From Salinispira sp. (GTDB lineage Bacteria > Spirochaetota > Spirochaetia > DSM-27196 > Salinispiraceae), in the NCBI GenBank assembly GCA_965226555.1, contig CBDDDG010000022.1, forward strand, positions 192,001-256,000: a stretch of 64,000 nt of DNA, in the 5' to 3' direction. Below the pieces are notes generated by a model. That model had not been told where the DNA came from. It did no database searches and saw only the letters and a program-made list of their open reading frames with translations. The position numbers and the translations under genes are program-made. Every line of letters begins with the position of its first letter. Position 1 is the first letter of the stretch. Shown here piece after piece: positions 62,811-64,000 of this stretch.

Positions 62811-63561
62811 TGTCTGCCTCCCGTTTTTTGCCTGCGGTATGCAATTTGAGAAAGCAGCAGCCCGCGGCGCTGCCGATAATGCCCAGAAGCAGGGATTGAT
62901 TACCCAACTGCAGGAAATACAGTGCGGTGCATACCCCGAGGGCAATGAGAAAGGGGGCAGGGCGCTTAAGGGCATGTATCTGTTCAATGAGTAAAACGGC
63001 GAACAGGGCAGTCATGGCAAATTCGAGTCCCGGAATGGGCGGAGCAATGACCGTTCCGCCAATTGCCCCGATCGTGCTGCCCGTTACCCAATATGACTGA
63101 TTGAGCAGAGTCACAAAAAAGTCGAAGCGCCCGGGATCAGCTCCCTCCGGCGGATTGTTGCTGGTGAGCAGGCCGTAGGTTTCATCAGTAAGACCGAATA
63201 TGAGATAGGGCCGAAATTTGCGAAACTGCGAAAAGCGCTCCAGCAGGGAAAATCCGTAGACAATGTGGCGGGCATTAATGAGCAGAACCGCCAGCCCCAT
63301 TTCCAAAGGCGCCTTTTCTGCGGTAATCATGCCGATGGCAGCGAACTGCGCGGCGCCCGCGAAAATGCTCAGGCTCATTACCGGCGCCCATATCCACGGA
63401 AGACCTGCCTTTGCGAGGAGAAATCCGAAGGCAAATCCAATCGGAACATAGGCAAAAAGAACGGGCAGCGAACAGCGAAGCGCCGCCCTGAAAGCCCCGC
63501 TCCCCCGGGGTTCCCCGCACGGTGAAAGCTTTTCGGCTTTTTTGGATTCTTGCTCATTCAT
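62803..63561 (-). CDS. azlC: AzlC family exporter
   Basis: IFAGAAQF, INARH, LTDETYG, GLEFAMTALF. Confidence 0.93.
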   Translation of the reverse strand: MNEQESKKAEKLSPCGEPRGSGAFRAALRCSLPVLFAYVPIGFAFGFLLAKAGLPWIWAPVMSLSIFAGAAQFAAIGMITAEKAPLEMGLAVLLINARHIVYGFSLLERFSQFRKFRPYLIFGLTDETYGLLTSNNPPEGADPGRFDFFVTLLNQSYWVTGSTIGAIGGTVIAPPIPGLEFAMTALFAVLLIEQIHALKRPAPFLIALGVCTALYFLQLGNQSLLLGIIGSAAGCCFLKLHTAGKKREADNA

Positions 63562-63580
63562 GCGAAAATAATATCGCATA

Positions 63581-63678
63581 GAAACTTTTGCATAAAGCAA
63601 AAGTTTCACATTTTGAATGACTCTCTGTGCTTAGCATTCTCGCATTTTGTAGAAAGTTTTGCATTCTGCAAAACTTTG
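63581..63678. mobile_element. 98-bp miniature element with perfect TSD
   Basis: 27-bp hairpins at both ends (GAAACTTTTGC-ATAAA-GCAAAAGTTTC; GAAAGTTTTGC-ATTCT-GCAAAACTTTG) flanked by GCATA at 63576-63580 and 63679-63683. Confidence 0.88.
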
Positions 63679-63821
63679 GCATAGTTCACCTTTTGAGTAG
63701 TACAGGGAGAAGGCGGGATATCAAATGTTTATTTGCCACTATTTGTGCTTTACGCGCTTTACACTGTTTCTGACCTATGCTACACTCATTTTAATATTTT
63801 CATTTTTTAAGGAGAAATTAC

Positions 63822-64000
63822 ATGCGAAAAATTATTTTTGCGTTTTTAATTGCTTTTATTATTCCGTCTGTTGTATTTGCGGGCGGGACTTCAGAAAGCA
63901 TCAAAATTGGGGTATCGGGTCCCTATACTGGCGACTTGGCATCCTTCGGCATTCCCGCCTCCAAGGCTGCGGAATTGGTAATTGCAGACTGGAATGAACG
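63822..64000 (+). CDS. Branched-chain amino acid ABC substrate-binding protein (LivJ/K-like), partial
   Basis: AAGGAG RBS; MRKIIFAFLIAFIIPSVVFAGG..IKIGVSGPYTGDLASFG. Confidence 0.85.
   Translation, partial: MRKIIFAFLIAFIIPSVVFAGGTSESIKIGVSGPYTGDLASFGIPASKAAELVIADWNE

Noticed and set aside
63725..63997. 90-aa ORF from the track
   Set aside because: Wrong frame; the RBS-led LivJ-like frame starts at 63822

Overview
Chromosomal window from a spirochaete (spirochaete-type coiled-coil protein, spirochaete-type LptD-like/TPR genes and lipoboxes); the FN3 and repeat surface proteins suggest, by inference, a host-associated lineage. The housekeeping backbone comprises clpX'-clpP-tig, 4 tRNAs, grpE-dnaK-dnaJ, an rlmB-like gene, tatD, a sugar ABC transporter with a GH3, uvrA, ybeY, a corC-like gene, azlCD and a livJ-like gene. 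Four accessory components stand out. (1) A ~15.5 kb BREX-like defence island with an unusual gene set: DUF4007, BrxF-like, Eco57I-like N6-adenine MTase, DUF488-DUF488-dual-OB insert, frameshifted BrxC-like ATPase, PglZ, and BrxL carrying a MIT_C/PLD-like tail instead of a Lon domain. (2) An IS5-family element (5-bp TSD) and a dispersed family of 27-124 bp hairpin-ended miniature elements that share its terminal motif, nest in each other, disrupt an Rpn gene twice and appear to supply the stop codons of tig and azlD. (3) Two parallel 'FN3 surface lipoprotein + Rpn remnant + Rpn nuclease with internal start' cassettes; one lipoprotein is cut from its RBS by the IS and the other has an out-of-frame poly-G tract. 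(4) A small AT-rich TerB-like/glycine-zipper islet. All family assignments come from motif recognition by eye, not database searches; several 1-nt homopolymer frameshifts could be assembly errors.
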